A DNA stretch of 64,000 nt from NCBI GenBank assembly GCA_963727825.1, contig CAVSHO010000001.1:404879-468878 (forward strand). The letters run 5' to 3'. The notes beneath the pieces are model-generated. The model did not search any database. It was not told where the DNA came from and saw only the letters and a program-made list of their open reading frames with translations. Source of the stretch: Ignavibacteriota bacterium. Its GTDB lineage: Bacteria > Bacteroidota > Ignavibacteria > UBA10030. This document shows positions 1-11,575 of this stretch, in pieces. Each line of letters starts with the position of its first letter. The first letter of the stretch is position 1. A program made the translations under genes and the position numbers.

Positions 1-165
1 TACTAAACACATAAATGTACTTTCCCATCCATTACTTTGTTGCTGACACCGTTAACGAATTCAGCACCGCCCCAATTAACCGAATAATAAAAAAATATTA
101 TCGCTGTTATTTAAATTCGATACTTAATTGAGTGCTCCGAAATGGTAAATGCTCTTCTGAAAACG

Positions 166-203
166 AAAAAGGCATACAACCTTATGTGATGTACGCCTTT
201 TTT
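166..203 (-). terminator. Intrinsic terminator of cspA
   Basis: Minus strand reads AAAAAAGGCGTACA-loop-TGTATGCCTTTTT, about 45 bp past the cspA stop; A/T tracts on both sides. Confidence 0.75.
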
Positions 204-248
204 GATTCTACAACAGAGTGATCATTCGCAAGAAATCAAACGATTCTC

Positions 249-449
249 CTACACTTTAGAAACGTTCACTGCTTGCAGGCCCTTCGGCCCCGTCTGGACT
301 TCGAACTGCACTTTGTCGCCATCGTTCAGGGTCTTGTACCCATCGCCAACAATCGACTTGTAATGGACGAATACATCTTCGCCATTTGCGCGAGAAATAA
401 ATCCAAAACCTTTAGCGCCGTTGAACCACTTGACTGTTCCTTCTTCCAT
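249..449 (-). CDS. cspA: Cold-shock protein (CSD)
   Basis: 66 aa with RNP1 KGFGFI and RNP2 DVFVHY; GTVKWFN start; AAAGGA upstream. Confidence 0.95.
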   Translation of the reverse strand: MEEGTVKWFNGAKGFGFISRANGEDVFVHYKSIVGDGYKTLNDGDKVQFEVQTGPKGLQAVNVSKV

Positions 450-1051
450 GGAACAAATCCTTTCCTAAAAAGTTACCCCGATCAACCGTCGGGTCGGTGT
501 ACGCAGCCGTTACCGACTCTCGCGAAAAATATCAACGAACATTGTTGCCAATTGGTGGATGTTCGATGACAGCTTCTTACACTTAGGATGCAAAACTTTG
601 TCCATCAAAAGATTATTGAAGCGATTTCCCTTATATATTATTGTATTCGGGAATTCTCACAAAGAAGCAAGTACGGTGTACTGTTACTTGGCATGCATAT
701 AATACAGATTGTTCGGATAAGTTCCAAGGGGAAAAACGACTGATATTTATTTTTGGTCGGTACATCCCCTTTGTCTTTCTGGAGATCAAATTCCTTTTTA
801 GATGGTTTTCGCCATTTCCGTACTTACCTCTTAAAGCCGTAGGTACAAAACTCATAACTAAATGGGATTTGGCATATTTACGAAATTATTATTATGTTTT
901 TTTACGTTATTATTCAATTTTAATGAGAGTTAGATTATGCTCTTTAAGCACATTTAAAGCGATAATATTTGGCTATTATTACGCTGTGCATTTTATTCGC
1001 CAAGTATAACACACGGGATTATATCAATCAGGTCTTAAAATAGGCAATAAA

Positions 1052-1939
1052 ATGACTCAAGATCCTCATCAAATACTTAAAAATATAAAGCCAACAAAGC
1101 CGTTTTTTGTAGGGATAGATTCCGACGGCTGTGTGTTCGATACTATGGAAATAAAACATAAGGAGTGCTTTTGTCCAAATTTCATTCGTTATTGGGAATT
1201 ACAAAACATTTCAAATTATGTTCGTGATACTTGGGATTTTGTAAATTTGTATTCTCAGACGAGAGGATGTAACCGTTTCCATGCAGTTATAGAAACAATG
1301 CAACTTCTTGCAGAACGAAAAGAAGTGAAGGCATGTAATACAAAACTCCCGGATGTTACTCCTTTAGTTGAATGGATAAAGAAAGAAACAAAACTTGGTA
1401 ATCCTGCACTGGAACGCTATGCAAAAGAAGTAAATAATCCAATAATTGACAGAGCCCTTGCATGGTCGAAAGCAGTCAACAAATCAATTAGTGAACTAGT
1501 TCATGGTATTCCTCCTTTTCCGTGGGTTCGTGAATCGCTTATTAAGTTTAATGAAAATGCTGATGTAATAGTTGTTTCTCAAACCCCACAAGAGGCGTTG
1601 GATCGTGAATGGATCGAACATAATATCAACAAGTATGTTAGAATTATTTGCGGGCAAGAATATGGCACTAAGGCTAAACATATTCAATATGCTGCAAAAG
1701 GAAAGTATCCCTATGATAAAATATTGATGGTAGGCGATGCTCCAGGGGATATGAATGCGGCGAAATCAAACGGTGCACTGTTCTATCCAATCAATCCAGG
1801 GCATGAAGAGGATTCTTGGGAACAATTATACAAAGAAGAAATCGATCGTTTTTTCGATGGTTCGTTTGCAGGCGAGCATGAGAAAAAGTTGATTGAAGAA
1901 TTCAATAAGTGCCTACCGAAAACGCCGAGCTGGGTATAA
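1052..1939 (+). CDS. HAD-superfamily hydrolase
   Basis: Motif I GIDSDGCVFD, motif II VVSQT, motif IV MVGDAPGD. Confidence 0.85.
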   Translation: MTQDPHQILKNIKPTKPFFVGIDSDGCVFDTMEIKHKECFCPNFIRYWELQNISNYVRDTWDFVNLYSQTRGCNRFHAVIETMQLLAERKEVKACNTKLPDVTPLVEWIKKETKLGNPALERYAKEVNNPIIDRALAWSKAVNKSISELVHGIPPFPWVRESLIKFNENADVIVVSQTPQEALDREWIEHNINKYVRIICGQEYGTKAKHIQYAAKGKYPYDKILMVGDAPGDMNAAKSNGALFYPINPGHEEDSWEQLYKEEIDRFFDGSFAGEHEKKLIEEFNKCLPKTPSWV

Positions 1940-1991
1940 CGACTTGCATTATCTATGAGTTAGCTTTGCTTTAATTATTGTGATGTTAATC

Positions 1992-2621
1992 TCATAGTCC
2001 CTTTACGAGGTTAACAGCTTCTTTTACAAGAGTCGTCATTTCGTTGAATTTGCCGTTAGAGATCATTTCTTCTGAAACCATCCAGCTTCCTCCACAAGCA
2101 AATACTTGTTTAAGGGAGAGATAGTTGCGGACATTCTTTGCGTTTATGCCGCCTGTCGGAATAAATTTAATCATGCTATACGGTGCGCTGATCGCTTTTA
2201 GTGTTTTTATGCCGCCATAGGCTTCTGCAGGGAAAAACTTAAAAATACTCAAACCGTAATCAATACCCATTCCAATTTCTGTCGGAGTGCAGATTCCAGG
2301 AGTAATTGGGATTTTATTTTCGACACAATACTTTACAACTTTTGGATTGAAACCAGGAGACACAATAAACGATGCACCGGAATCAACAGCTGACTTTACT
2401 TGATCCACCGAAAGAACGGTTCCGGCACCAAGGCAAATTTCCTTAAACCGCGAAATACGCTTTATAGATTCTACCGCTGCGGCAGTTCGAAACGTGACTT
2501 CAGCACATGGCAAACCACCGGCAATAAGAACTTCAGCCAACGGTTCGGCATTTTTTGCATCCTCCAAAACAACGACAGGTACTAAACGTATTTTACCAAG
2601 TCTTTTAAAGACTTCTGACAT
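1992..2621 (-). CDS. eda: KDPG/KHG aldolase
   Basis: AEVTFRT, GAGTVL, FIVSPG, FKFFPAEAYGG and FIPTGGI motifs. Confidence 0.93.
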   Translation of the reverse strand: MSEVFKRLGKIRLVPVVVLEDAKNAEPLAEVLIAGGLPCAEVTFRTAAAVESIKRISRFKEICLGAGTVLSVDQVKSAVDSGASFIVSPGFNPKVVKYCVENKIPITPGICTPTEIGMGIDYGLSIFKFFPAEAYGGIKTLKAISAPYSMIKFIPTGGINAKNVRNYLSLKQVFACGGSWMVSEEMISNGKFNEMTTLVKEAVNLVKGL

Positions 2622-3082
2622 AATATTGTCCTTATAAATTGTTAATTATTATTGAATACTACTTTAACACTTAAAATGAATTGTCCACGGCAACAGAAAC
2701 AGCCCTGTCAATAATTTCTATCTAGGATTCCGATTACCTTTAAACGTTTTACCAGTCGCTGGTCTTCAGACGATTTCTGGACAAATGCATTAACAGTAAC
2801 ATCATCAATTTCTAGTTAAACTTTCTTTTGTCGTATGTACAATATACGTTCCATTTTTCATTATATCGATAGCTACTTTATCAACAAATGACTTTTAACA
2901 GTCCTGCATGGTGCAAACCTATAATGAGCGATTTTTTTGGGGTAGGATGCGAAATGATGGCAAATCCTTAATGAGGTAATACTACGGAAATTGGTGTGGA
3001 GGAACTAAAATCACTCTCGGAGAGTCACTTATAATCTGGTCGAACAAAGCGTCAGGCGCCCTTCAAAATGCACTTAAATTTT

Positions 3083-3722
3083 TTAGGCAACCCTGCTGAG
3101 TGTTCTTTGCTCATTACTATTTTCTTGCGAAACTTCTATAATAGTTTCATTAAGAGGACGGGATGCCAACAGGGCACGGACCATTTCTTCCAATATTAAC
3201 GGCTTTGTGACATAATCATTCATGCCAATCGAAAGAAAACTCTCTCGATCATCAGCTGATGCATTGGCTGTCATCGCGATGATATGCGGTTGTTGATCGG
3301 CAGGAAAATCTTTTCGTATCGCCATAGTTGCTTCTCGACCATCCATTTCCGGCATTTCTGCATCCATCAAAATTACGTCGTAAGATTGGCGTTTTAATGC
3401 ATCTATTGCTTCGATACCAGTGAACGCTACGTCTGCGCGATACCCAAGTTTCTTTTAAAAACCATAGAGTAATCTTCAGATTGACAAGACTATCCTCTGC
3501 AAGCAAAATTCTTAATGGATGCTGTTGTCCTATCTGCACATTGAATGTTGGCAGATTTTCGATTGTTGCCCGTAGCAACCGGTGGTCTGCTTCCCTTGGG
3601 TCTAGTATCCGGTTATTTCCGGTTTCTGTTGTTTCTGCTTGGTACGTGTGGCTTTGACCTTCAACCGGCTCGCAGGGAGTTTCTGTAATTGTAATCGCTG
3701 TATATTCCATAACAACCTCCAA
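3083..3722 (-). pseudogene. Receiver-domain protein split by a +1 frameshift (probably a sequencing error)
   Basis: Removing one base from the T4 run at 3453-3456 joins LRILLAEDSLVNLKITLWFL to KKLGYRADVAFTGIEAIDALKRQSYDVILMDAEMPEMDG...AMTANA...DYVTKP, a complete REC domain. Confidence 0.8.
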
Positions 3723-4194
3723 TCGTTTGTTCTAAAGAAACCGAATCTTATTTGAAAACCACAACCCTTGTGCCGATATGTGAAAAAGCAAAATTTTTCT
3801 AAAAAGGGTCGTATTTATTGAATTTGAGCTAGTTCTATCGTTTATGAAGATACCATCAATTGAGAACTTTGTAGAGATTTCAATTGTGATCTTTGATAGG
3901 AAATTATTCTAGCGTTAAAGTGAAGAGGAGGGGTAGTTATTAAGCTAGGAAATGCTGATCATTATATTTAGCAGCGCTTCCAATATAAAAAAAAAGGTCT
4001 TTTTCTCTTGAAATTAATTTATTGACAGTTTTTATCGTTATTAGAGATATTTTTAAAAGTCTACTTTGTGAGGATGCATCGACTAGAAGGACGCACCAGT
4101 AGTTTTAATGCCAAAGTAACACAATTATTATGTGGATCAGTTTGAGCGTAAATTCATAGATCATAACTCTAAATCGAATTTTTCTAATGGCTGG

Positions 4195-4554
4195 TTATGG
4201 AATAGGAAGGGAGATGTTGAATGTCGTGCCTACTTTAAGACGGCTTTCTGCCCAGACTTTCCCGTTATGTGCTTCGATGATCTTACGTACAATAACAAGC
4301 CTGAGACCAGTGTTGGATTCACCTGAAGTAGTCTTTATACTAAACCTTGGAAATGGTTTAAAAAGCTTATCCATATCGGCCGTTGGAATTCCTTGACCTG
4401 TATCATGCACGGAAATCACATGCGCCCCATTCTCACGCTTTGCTACCATTCTATGTAGAATTAACTATATAACCGTTTTTTCGAGAACAAGACGAAGGAG
4501 TTTTATTTGCGTCGGACTATCGTCGACAATAAGAATATTTATATACGCTGCCAT
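4195..4554 (-). pseudogene. Remnant hybrid REC/histidine kinase with a large internal deletion
   Basis: 4554-4430 translates MAAYINILIVDDSPTQIKLLRLVLEKNGYIVNST*NGSKA*E, a paralogue of the next gene's N-terminus with stops. It is joined to a HATPase_c tail (SVHDTGQGIP...GLRLVIVRKIIEAHNGKVWAES). Confidence 0.8.
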
Positions 4555-4569
4555 CTTCAGCGCAATCCA

Positions 4570-5382
4570 TTACGACTTTTGTGTCGCATCAGGGAAGAAC
4601 TTCTCTGCACAGCTCGGACAGATACCATGAGTGAACTCAACATCAATTCTTTTTGCCATATAAGTTTCGATTTGATTCCAGTAACCCTGGTCATCACGGA
4701 TCTTTTTGCAGTGCGCACAAATCGGTAGCAATCCACTTAAAGTTTTTACTTCGGTCAATGCATGTTGTAAATTCTGATTTAACTTTTCAAGCTCAATATT
4801 CTTCTGTTCAAGTTGACGGTATATGTCGATAAGATCGTTATGAGCCTTCTTAAGTTCATTGGTTTTCTGAACAGCGTTTTCATAGGTTGATAGTAGAAGA
4901 TCAATAATTTGCAATTTGTCAGAGTTGATGAAGTACTTCTGACCTGCAAACATGATTTCGATCTCCGAACCCAAAGGTTGACTTTTTCGCAACTCCTGAT
5001 TAGCGAATATATAATGAATACGAGAAACGAGAAAAGCACTTTCGTAAGGTTTAGTAAGGAAGTTATCAGCTCCTGCTTGAAGACCTTTAATCACATCTTG
5101 GGGATTGGAAAGCGATGTTAGCAGTATTACCGGAATAAGTTTTAAGTCGGGATCACTTTTCAATACCTTGCATAGTGCAAAACCATCCATCTCCGGCATC
5201 ACGACGTCGGTGATAATGAGGTTGGGATTTTTATAGCGAATGCGTTCTAATGCTTTGACACCATTTGGCGCAGAATCAACAGTGTAACCGTTTTCTTCAA
5301 GAATAAGACGAAGAAGTTTTGTTTGCGTCGGACTATCTTCGACAATAAGAATATTTATCTGTGCTGCCATTGTTATTGCCAT
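4570..5382 (-). CDS. Response regulator: REC + coiled coil + C-terminal Cys/His motif
   Basis: LIVEDS/TDVVMP/FLTKP receiver; C-terminal LPICAHCKKIRDDQGYW...HGICPSC. Confidence 0.88.
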   Translation of the reverse strand: MAITMAAQINILIVEDSPTQTKLLRLILEENGYTVDSAPNGVKALERIRYKNPNLIITDVVMPEMDGFALCKVLKSDPDLKLIPVILLTSLSNPQDVIKGLQAGADNFLTKPYESAFLVSRIHYIFANQELRKSQPLGSEIEIMFAGQKYFINSDKLQIIDLLLSTYENAVQKTNELKKAHNDLIDIYRQLEQKNIELEKLNQNLQHALTEVKTLSGLLPICAHCKKIRDDQGYWNQIETYMAKRIDVEFTHGICPSCAEKFFPDATQKS

Positions 5383-5763
5383 CCATTTCTGTTATGCGTA
5401 TGTTAGAATTACCTACTGTTAGACATCATTAGTAAAAATAGTGCTAGTTCTTTTCTATAATATATACTTCGATTTGATTCCAATAGTTCTCATTGCTACG
5501 GATCTTCAGCTTCTTGGATAACTAAGTATATATTAAATTATTAATACAATTTGCCTTTATCCATAATTTATACCAAAATGTGTAATAAGCAAACCGTAAT
5601 AGGAAGTATTTCTGCAGTATTTGAAACAACAAACATTATTTTGTGCCAAGTATCAAGAATATGATGTAAAAGTTATTTATTGTCTGATAACTTTGGTTAA
5701 TCAATTATGAGTAAACATCGTGAGAGCAACTTGTTGGAGCGTTAGTAAAAGGAGGTAAAAAAC

Positions 5764-6933
5764 ATGAAACTTGAACAAAAGAGATGGGATAGTGTTCATG
5801 GATGGATACCCGAACTTACGAAAACCGAAATTGGAGATGCTCAATTAATTTTGGTTTTTGGTGCCACATCACTATTAAGAAAGCAGATTCAGCTTCAGCA
5901 AATCAAAGAAACGTATCCTCATGCCCATACTTTTGGCTGTTCGACTGCCGGAGAAATTTGTGGTACACAGGTCACAGATGGTTCAATTGTAGTAACAGCA
6001 ATTAAATTTGAACACACACAAATCAAAGATGTTAAAGTGAATTTAAATCAAGTAGAAAGCAGTTATCAAGCAGGAGAACTCTTAGCGAAAGCTTTGCCTT
6101 TAACTTTACCATCGTCAATGTCAGGTGGAGAAGATAAACTGGTGCATGTCTTGGTTCTATCGGAAGGATTAAAGGTAAATGGAAGTGATTTAGTCAGAGG
6201 ATTAACATCACAACTGCCAGATGGAACAACTGTTACCGGCGGATTGGCTGGTGATGGTGATCGGTTTGAAGAAACACTTGTCTTTGGAGATAGTGAACCA
6301 CTGAAAGAAACTATTGCTGTAGTCGGATTATATGGAAGTCGATTAAAGGTTGGTTTTAGTTCTTTCGGTGGATGGGACTCCTTTGGACCAGAGAGGCTGA
6401 TAACAAATTCGAAGGGGAATGTGTTATACGAGCTTGATGGACATTCGGCTTTGGAACTGTACAAGAATTATCTCGGTGAGCATGCGGAAGGTCTTCCATC
6501 AACAGGGCTTTTGTTTCCTTTGGGTATTCGGAACAAGTCAGGAAAGAGGGGAGTAGTGCGAACAATTTTATCGGTAGATGAAAATGATCATAGTATAACA
6601 TTTGCAGGAGATGTTCCAGAAGGTTCATACGCACGATTTATGAAGGCGAACTTTGATCGCCTAATTGATGGCGCTGTTGAAGCGGCAAAGACAGCCGACC
6701 AAGCAATTGGTTCTGTTGCGCCTAATTTAGCGATTCTTATAAGTTGTGTCGGACGGAAACTAATTCTAAAACAGCGAGTTGAAGAAGAGGTGGAAGGCGT
6801 TCGAGATGTTTTAGGTGAACAGACTATATTATCCGGATTTTATTCATATGGAGAGATAGCTCCATTTACTACCGGTGCCCAATGCGAATTGCAAAACCAA
6901 ACAATGACTATTACAACTCTTTTAGAGGAATAG
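5764..6933 (+). CDS. FIST-domain (NosP-like) sensor protein
   Basis: GCSTAGEI, GGLAGDG, ISCVGRK, GFYSYGEI and NQTMT motifs; AAGGAGG RBS. Confidence 0.92.
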   Translation: MKLEQKRWDSVHGWIPELTKTEIGDAQLILVFGATSLLRKQIQLQQIKETYPHAHTFGCSTAGEICGTQVTDGSIVVTAIKFEHTQIKDVKVNLNQVESSYQAGELLAKALPLTLPSSMSGGEDKLVHVLVLSEGLKVNGSDLVRGLTSQLPDGTTVTGGLAGDGDRFEETLVFGDSEPLKETIAVVGLYGSRLKVGFSSFGGWDSFGPERLITNSKGNVLYELDGHSALELYKNYLGEHAEGLPSTGLLFPLGIRNKSGKRGVVRTILSVDENDHSITFAGDVPEGSYARFMKANFDRLIDGAVEAAKTADQAIGSVAPNLAILISCVGRKLILKQRVEEEVEGVRDVLGEQTILSGFYSYGEIAPFTTGAQCELQNQTMTITTLLEE

Positions 6934-6937
6934 TGGC

Positions 6938-9900
6938 ATGGAACAAATGCACAGTTTACTAAAACGTCAACTTAGACGATGTTTCGGCGATCAGTTCCAC
7001 ATTCCTGAGGATTGGCAGGAATTTATTAATGCGGTGGATAACGCCTATTGGGAATCCGATATGGATCGGGGGATGCTGGAACGTTCTCTTGAGCTGAGTT
7101 CACAAGAGCTTCTCCAGGCAAATTCGGAAATGCGGGCAATATTTTTAGCAATACCTGATTTACTCTTTCGAATTGATGGTGAGGGCAGGATACTTAATTA
7201 CAAAGCAGGTTCTACCACAGATCTATTTCTTGATCCCAAGGAATTACTGGGGAAACGAATTCAAGATGTTCCATTAAAACAGGTTAGTGAGAAATTCAGT
7301 GAAGCGATTCAACAAGTGCAAGAATTAAAAACAATTGTCAGCATAGAGTATTCACTATCCATGCAAAATCAACCGCTTTTCTTTGAAGCCAGACTTGTGC
7401 CACTCCACAAGGATCAAATTGTGGTCATTATTCGCAACATCACTGAGCGTAAGCGGACGGAAGAGGCGCTTCAGGAAAGCGAGCTGCGTTTTCGCATGCT
7501 TTACGAGAATGCCAAAATAGGTCTTTACAGAACTACTCCCGATGGAAAAATACTAATGGCAAATAAAATGTTAGTAAAATTGCTTGGTTATCCGTCTTTT
7601 GAAAAACTTGTTGAAAGGAACCTTGAAGGAGAGGATTATGAACCAACGTATAAACGCAAAGAGTTTCTTGAAATAATCGAAAAAGATGGTGAGATAAATG
7701 ATTTTGAATCAGCGTGGATTCGTCAAGATGGCAGTATGTTTTTCATACGAGAGAGTGCTCAAGCAATTCGTGATTCTCAAGGTAACACAATATACTACGA
7801 CGGAGTAATGGAGGATATCACCGAACGCAAACAAGTGGAAAAAGCATTGCAAGAGAGCGAGAATAAATTTAGAGCGATAATTAATGGAATGATAGATTCA
7901 GTATGGGTGATTGATTCCTCTGCCAATATCATTGATGTCAACAATTCTGCCATAGAAATTATGGGTTATTCAAGGGAAGAATTGCTTTCTATGAAAATTG
8001 GTGATATTGATGCTTACAATTATCCCAAAGAAATAAAAGAGCTTACAAGTAAGGTGCCAATAGATAAAATTCAGACTTTTGAAACCTGTCATAAAATTAA
8101 AGATGGGAGAAAAATTCCAGTAGAGATTAATTCCAGTCTTATTGCGTATGGAGATAAAAAAGCTATTTTGTGTATTGCAAGAGATATTACCGAACGCAAA
8201 CGAGCTGAAGAAGCATTAGAATTAGCTGCAAAACGCTTCAAATTGGTAGCATTAGCTACACGAGATGCGATCTTCGATTGGGACTTGAACACACATCAAA
8301 TCTGGAGAAATGAAAACTATCAACAACTCTTCGGATCAATGGAAGTGAGTCTGGATAATACCGATTGGTGGGTGGATCGCATTCATCCGGAGGATCGGGA
8401 ACATGTCCGTAATACTCACAATGCTGCTTTGAAGGGCGATACTGATATGGTATCGGTTGAGTATCGCTTGTGTCGCCCTGATGGATCGTATGCATTTGTT
8501 TTTGATCGTTCACATATTGTTCGTGATACTACAGGCCAACCTACTAGGATGATCGGTGCAATCACTGATATCACCCAACAAAAACGGGCAATGGAGACAT
8601 TAACATTGCTCAGCCATACGGTGAAAAGCATCGGCGAATCTATCAGCATAACCGATTTGAGGAATAATATCCTTTTTGTCAACGAGGCGTTTTTGAAAAC
8701 CTACGGATATACCGAGCAAGAAATTATTGGTAAACCAATCAGCATTGTCACTTGCGACCCGGTTACGAGTGAGCAAACGATACTGGCAGAAACGTTTAAA
8801 GGCGGCTGGCAGGGAGAACTGGTGAATAGAAAAAAAGACGGTACAACTTTCCCAATACATCTTTCTACTTCCATCGTCTATAATGAAAATCAAGAACCAA
8901 TTGGTCTTGTCGGAGTTGCTACGGATATCACAGAGCGTAAGCACGCTGAAGAAGCGCTGCGAGAATCTCAAGCTATCTACCGTTCTTTTATTGAACATTT
9001 GCCAGCCGGAGTTTTCCGTAAAGATACTGAGGGTCGCTTTGTTTTCGTCAATTCATTGTTTTGCCGGCTCAAAGGGATGGAAATGGATGAAATCATAGGT
9101 AAAACACCACATGAACTTGCAGTATTTACATCTACAATAAAAGCTACCCGACCTGCTATAATGAAAATGCAATACGAAATAGCGGATGAAGCTGTAAAGC
9201 ATCAAGAAATGATTATGCAGACAGGTAAATCTATTGAGACGGAGGAAGTCTATCCACAACAAGATGGCACAACACGATATTTTCATGTTGTAAAATCGCC
9301 AGTCTTTGCTGCCGACGGAAAAATAATCGGCATTCAAGGAGTCCAGTTCGATATCACCGAACGTAGGATCGCACAAGAAGAACTCCAACGGGAACGTAAT
9401 TTACTTCGGACGGTAATCGATAATCTGCCCGATGGAATCTATACGAAGGATTTGAATTGTCGAAAGACACTCACAAATAAAACTGATATTTATAATATGG
9501 GTCGTGAATCAGATGCTGATGTGTTAGGAAGAGACGACTATGATCTATTCCCGAAAGAAATGGCGGATAAGTTTATAGCTGATGACCGATATGTTATCCA
9601 AACCGGTCTGCCAGTTATTAACAGAGAAGAATATGTGGTTGATGCAAAAGGACAGAAACATTTTCTGCTGACCACAAAGTTGCCGTTTCGAGATGAACAA
9701 GGCCAGATTATTGGCTTAATAGGCATCGGTCGCGATATTACCGAGAGAAAACGTGCGGAAGAAGCATTACAAGAAAGCAACGAAAAATTACGAAACATCG
9801 TCGAAAATAGTACGAACCTTTTCTATTCGCGCAACACCGATCAGGTGTTCACGTACCTCAGCCCTCAAGCCAAAGATATTTTTGATTGTGAGCCAAATGA

Positions 9901-11575
9901 AGCCTTGAATCGTTTTACAGATTTTATGACAGATAATCCGATTAATAAGCTCGGTTGTGAGCTGGCAGAGAAAGCAATCCAGACTTGTCTGCGGCAGGAG
10001 ACCTATGAACTCGAGCTGATGAGTAGGAAAGGGCGCCGTGTTTGGGTAGAAATTCAGGAAGCACCTGTCGTGAAGAATGGAAAAACGATTTCTATAGTAG
10101 GAGCTGCAACGGATATCACCGAGCGTAGGTGGGCAGAAATGGCGCTTCAAGTTAGTGAGAAAAAATATAGAGATATTGTTACATGGGCTCCAGTTGGAAT
10201 ATACCAATCAACTCTATCAGGAAAACTACTCAGTGGTAATAGTCGTATCGCAGAAATGTTGGGTTATGATGATGTGAACGAATTGATTGGGTATAATATG
10301 AGGCAAACTATATATTATGATGAAAAAGATTGGGAGCGTTTTGTTGCTGAAGATGACCTTCATAAAAAAAAGGTGGCTTTGAGTCATGAAACTCGATGGA
10401 AGAAAAAAAATGGCTCTGTTATATGGGTCTTAATAACGATCCACGATGTACGAGATAAATCTTCTGAAATTCTCTATTACGAAGGATTTGTGTTTGATAT
10501 TACCGAGCGTAAGCATGCAGAAGAAGCTTTACGCGAAAGCGAGGAACGTTATCGTTTGCTTGTTGAGAATTCGACGGATATCGTGACCGAGATTGACGCT
10601 GAAGGCAAGTATCTGTACGTCAGTGCAAATGTTAAATCGATTTTAGACCTTGAACCAATGAGCCTGGTTGGCACTAATGTACTATCAAGAGTATATGGGA
10701 AAGATAAAGCTGTAATTGGAGAGATATTAAGCAAATTAGGTGGAAGTGCAACATACCGATACCGCGATCGATTGAGTGGTTGGCATTGGTTTGAATCCTC
10801 GGGGCGAGTCTATTATACATCTTCAGGTGAACAAAGGATGGTTATGGTCAGCCGCGATGTCACACAGCGACGTAAAGCTGAGCAAGAACTTGAATTATCG
10901 AGAAAGCAATTACAGCATTTCACAGAACACCTTGAGAATGTTCTTGAAGAAGAGCGAAAAAGAATCTCGCGTGAACTTCATGATGAACTAGGTCAATTGT
11001 TAACTATCTTGAAATTTGACTTAAGTTGGCTTAAATTAGAAGAGGTCAATAGCGATTCCGACACTATTGCGAGAATTGATGCAATGATGGAATCGGTAAA
11101 TGAAGCACTGACGTCGGTGAAGCGGATCGCTCGAGAGATGCGACCACCGCAACTTGATGCGCTCGGTCTAATCGGCGCAATGCGATGGGATATTGATCAG
11201 ACAGAAAAAAAGACAGGACTGAAAGGAGTTGTTACTGGCGAACTTGCAGATGTTGAGATAAAAGGTCAAATTAGTAACGTTCTTTATCGTGTATTTCGAG
11301 AAGCATTGACTAATGTTCTACGCCATTCGCAAGCTAAGCAAATATTTATAAGATTATCTCAGCGGCAGGATTCCATAATCTTTACAATAAGAGATGATGG
11401 ACGCGGGATCACCAAAAAGGAATTGAAGGGAACGACATCATTAGGTCTTGTAGGTATTCGTGAACGGATCCGGATGATTGGAGGAACATTCACTATCGAA
11501 GGTAAGCCTGGAAGTGGGACAGTATTATCTGTAGAAGTTCCGCTTAAAAAAAAGAATGGAGATAGTATATCATGA
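6938..11575 (+). CDS. Cytoplasmic multi-PAS (10 PAS/PAC) HisKA_3 histidine kinase
   Basis: Ten repeats ending in DITERK-like linkers; ERKRISRELHDELGQ H-box, EALTNVLRHS, DDGRG and GLVGIRER; N-terminal MHSLLKRQL. Confidence 0.93.
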   Translation: MEQMHSLLKRQLRRCFGDQFHIPEDWQEFINAVDNAYWESDMDRGMLERSLELSSQELLQANSEMRAIFLAIPDLLFRIDGEGRILNYKAGSTTDLFLDPKELLGKRIQDVPLKQVSEKFSEAIQQVQELKTIVSIEYSLSMQNQPLFFEARLVPLHKDQIVVIIRNITERKRTEEALQESELRFRMLYENAKIGLYRTTPDGKILMANKMLVKLLGYPSFEKLVERNLEGEDYEPTYKRKEFLEIIEKDGEINDFESAWIRQDGSMFFIRESAQAIRDSQGNTIYYDGVMEDITERKQVEKALQESENKFRAIINGMIDSVWVIDSSANIIDVNNSAIEIMGYSREELLSMKIGDIDAYNYPKEIKELTSKVPIDKIQTFETCHKIKDGRKIPVEINSSLIAYGDKKAILCIARDITERKRAEEALELAAKRFKLVALATRDAIFDWDLNTHQIWRNENYQQLFGSMEVSLDNTDWWVDRIHPEDREHVRNTHNAALKGDTDMVSVEYRLCRPDGSYAFVFDRSHIVRDTTGQPTRMIGAITDITQQKRAMETLTLLSHTVKSIGESISITDLRNNILFVNEAFLKTYGYTEQEIIGKPISIVTCDPVTSEQTILAETFKGGWQGELVNRKKDGTTFPIHLSTSIVYNENQEPIGLVGVATDITERKHAEEALRESQAIYRSFIEHLPAGVFRKDTEGRFVFVNSLFCRLKGMEMDEIIGKTPHELAVFTSTIKATRPAIMKMQYEIADEAVKHQEMIMQTGKSIETEEVYPQQDGTTRYFHVVKSPVFAADGKIIGIQGVQFDITERRIAQEELQRERNLLRTVIDNLPDGIYTKDLNCRKTLTNKTDIYNMGRESDADVLGRDDYDLFPKEMADKFIADDRYVIQTGLPVINREEYVVDAKGQKHFLLTTKLPFRDEQGQIIGLIGIGRDITERKRAEEALQESNEKLRNIVENSTNLFYSRNTDQVFTYLSPQAKDIFDCEPNEALNRFTDFMTDNPINKLGCELAEKAIQTCLRQETYELELMSRKGRRVWVEIQEAPVVKNGKTISIVGAATDITERRWAEMALQVSEKKYRDIVTWAPVGIYQSTLSGKLLSGNSRIAEMLGYDDVNELIGYNMRQTIYYDEKDWERFVAEDDLHKKKVALSHETRWKKKNGSVIWVLITIHDVRDKSSEILYYEGFVFDITERKHAEEALRESEERYRLLVENSTDIVTEIDAEGKYLYVSANVKSILDLEPMSLVGTNVLSRVYGKDKAVIGEILSKLGGSATYRYRDRLSGWHWFESSGRVYYTSSGEQRMVMVSRDVTQRRKAEQELELSRKQLQHFTEHLENVLEEERKRISRELHDELGQLLTILKFDLSWLKLEEVNSDSDTIARIDAMMESVNEALTSVKRIAREMRPPQLDALGLIGAMRWDIDQTEKKTGLKGVVTGELADVEIKGQISNVLYRVFREALTNVLRHSQAKQIFIRLSQRQDSIIFTIRDDGRGITKKELKGTTSLGLVGIRERIRMIGGTFTIEGKPGSGTVLSVEVPLKKKNGDSIS

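Noticed and set aside
631-1009. ORFs 641-1009 (+) and 631-855 (-)
   Set aside because: Very AT-rich divergent promoter region between cspA and the HAD gene; no recognisable motifs or RBS.
7430-10900. Recurring GATATyACCGArCG-like DNA repeats, possibly an array
   Set aside because: They encode the DITERK linkers of tandem PAS domains; spacing of roughly 350-450 bp within an ORF is not CRISPR-like.
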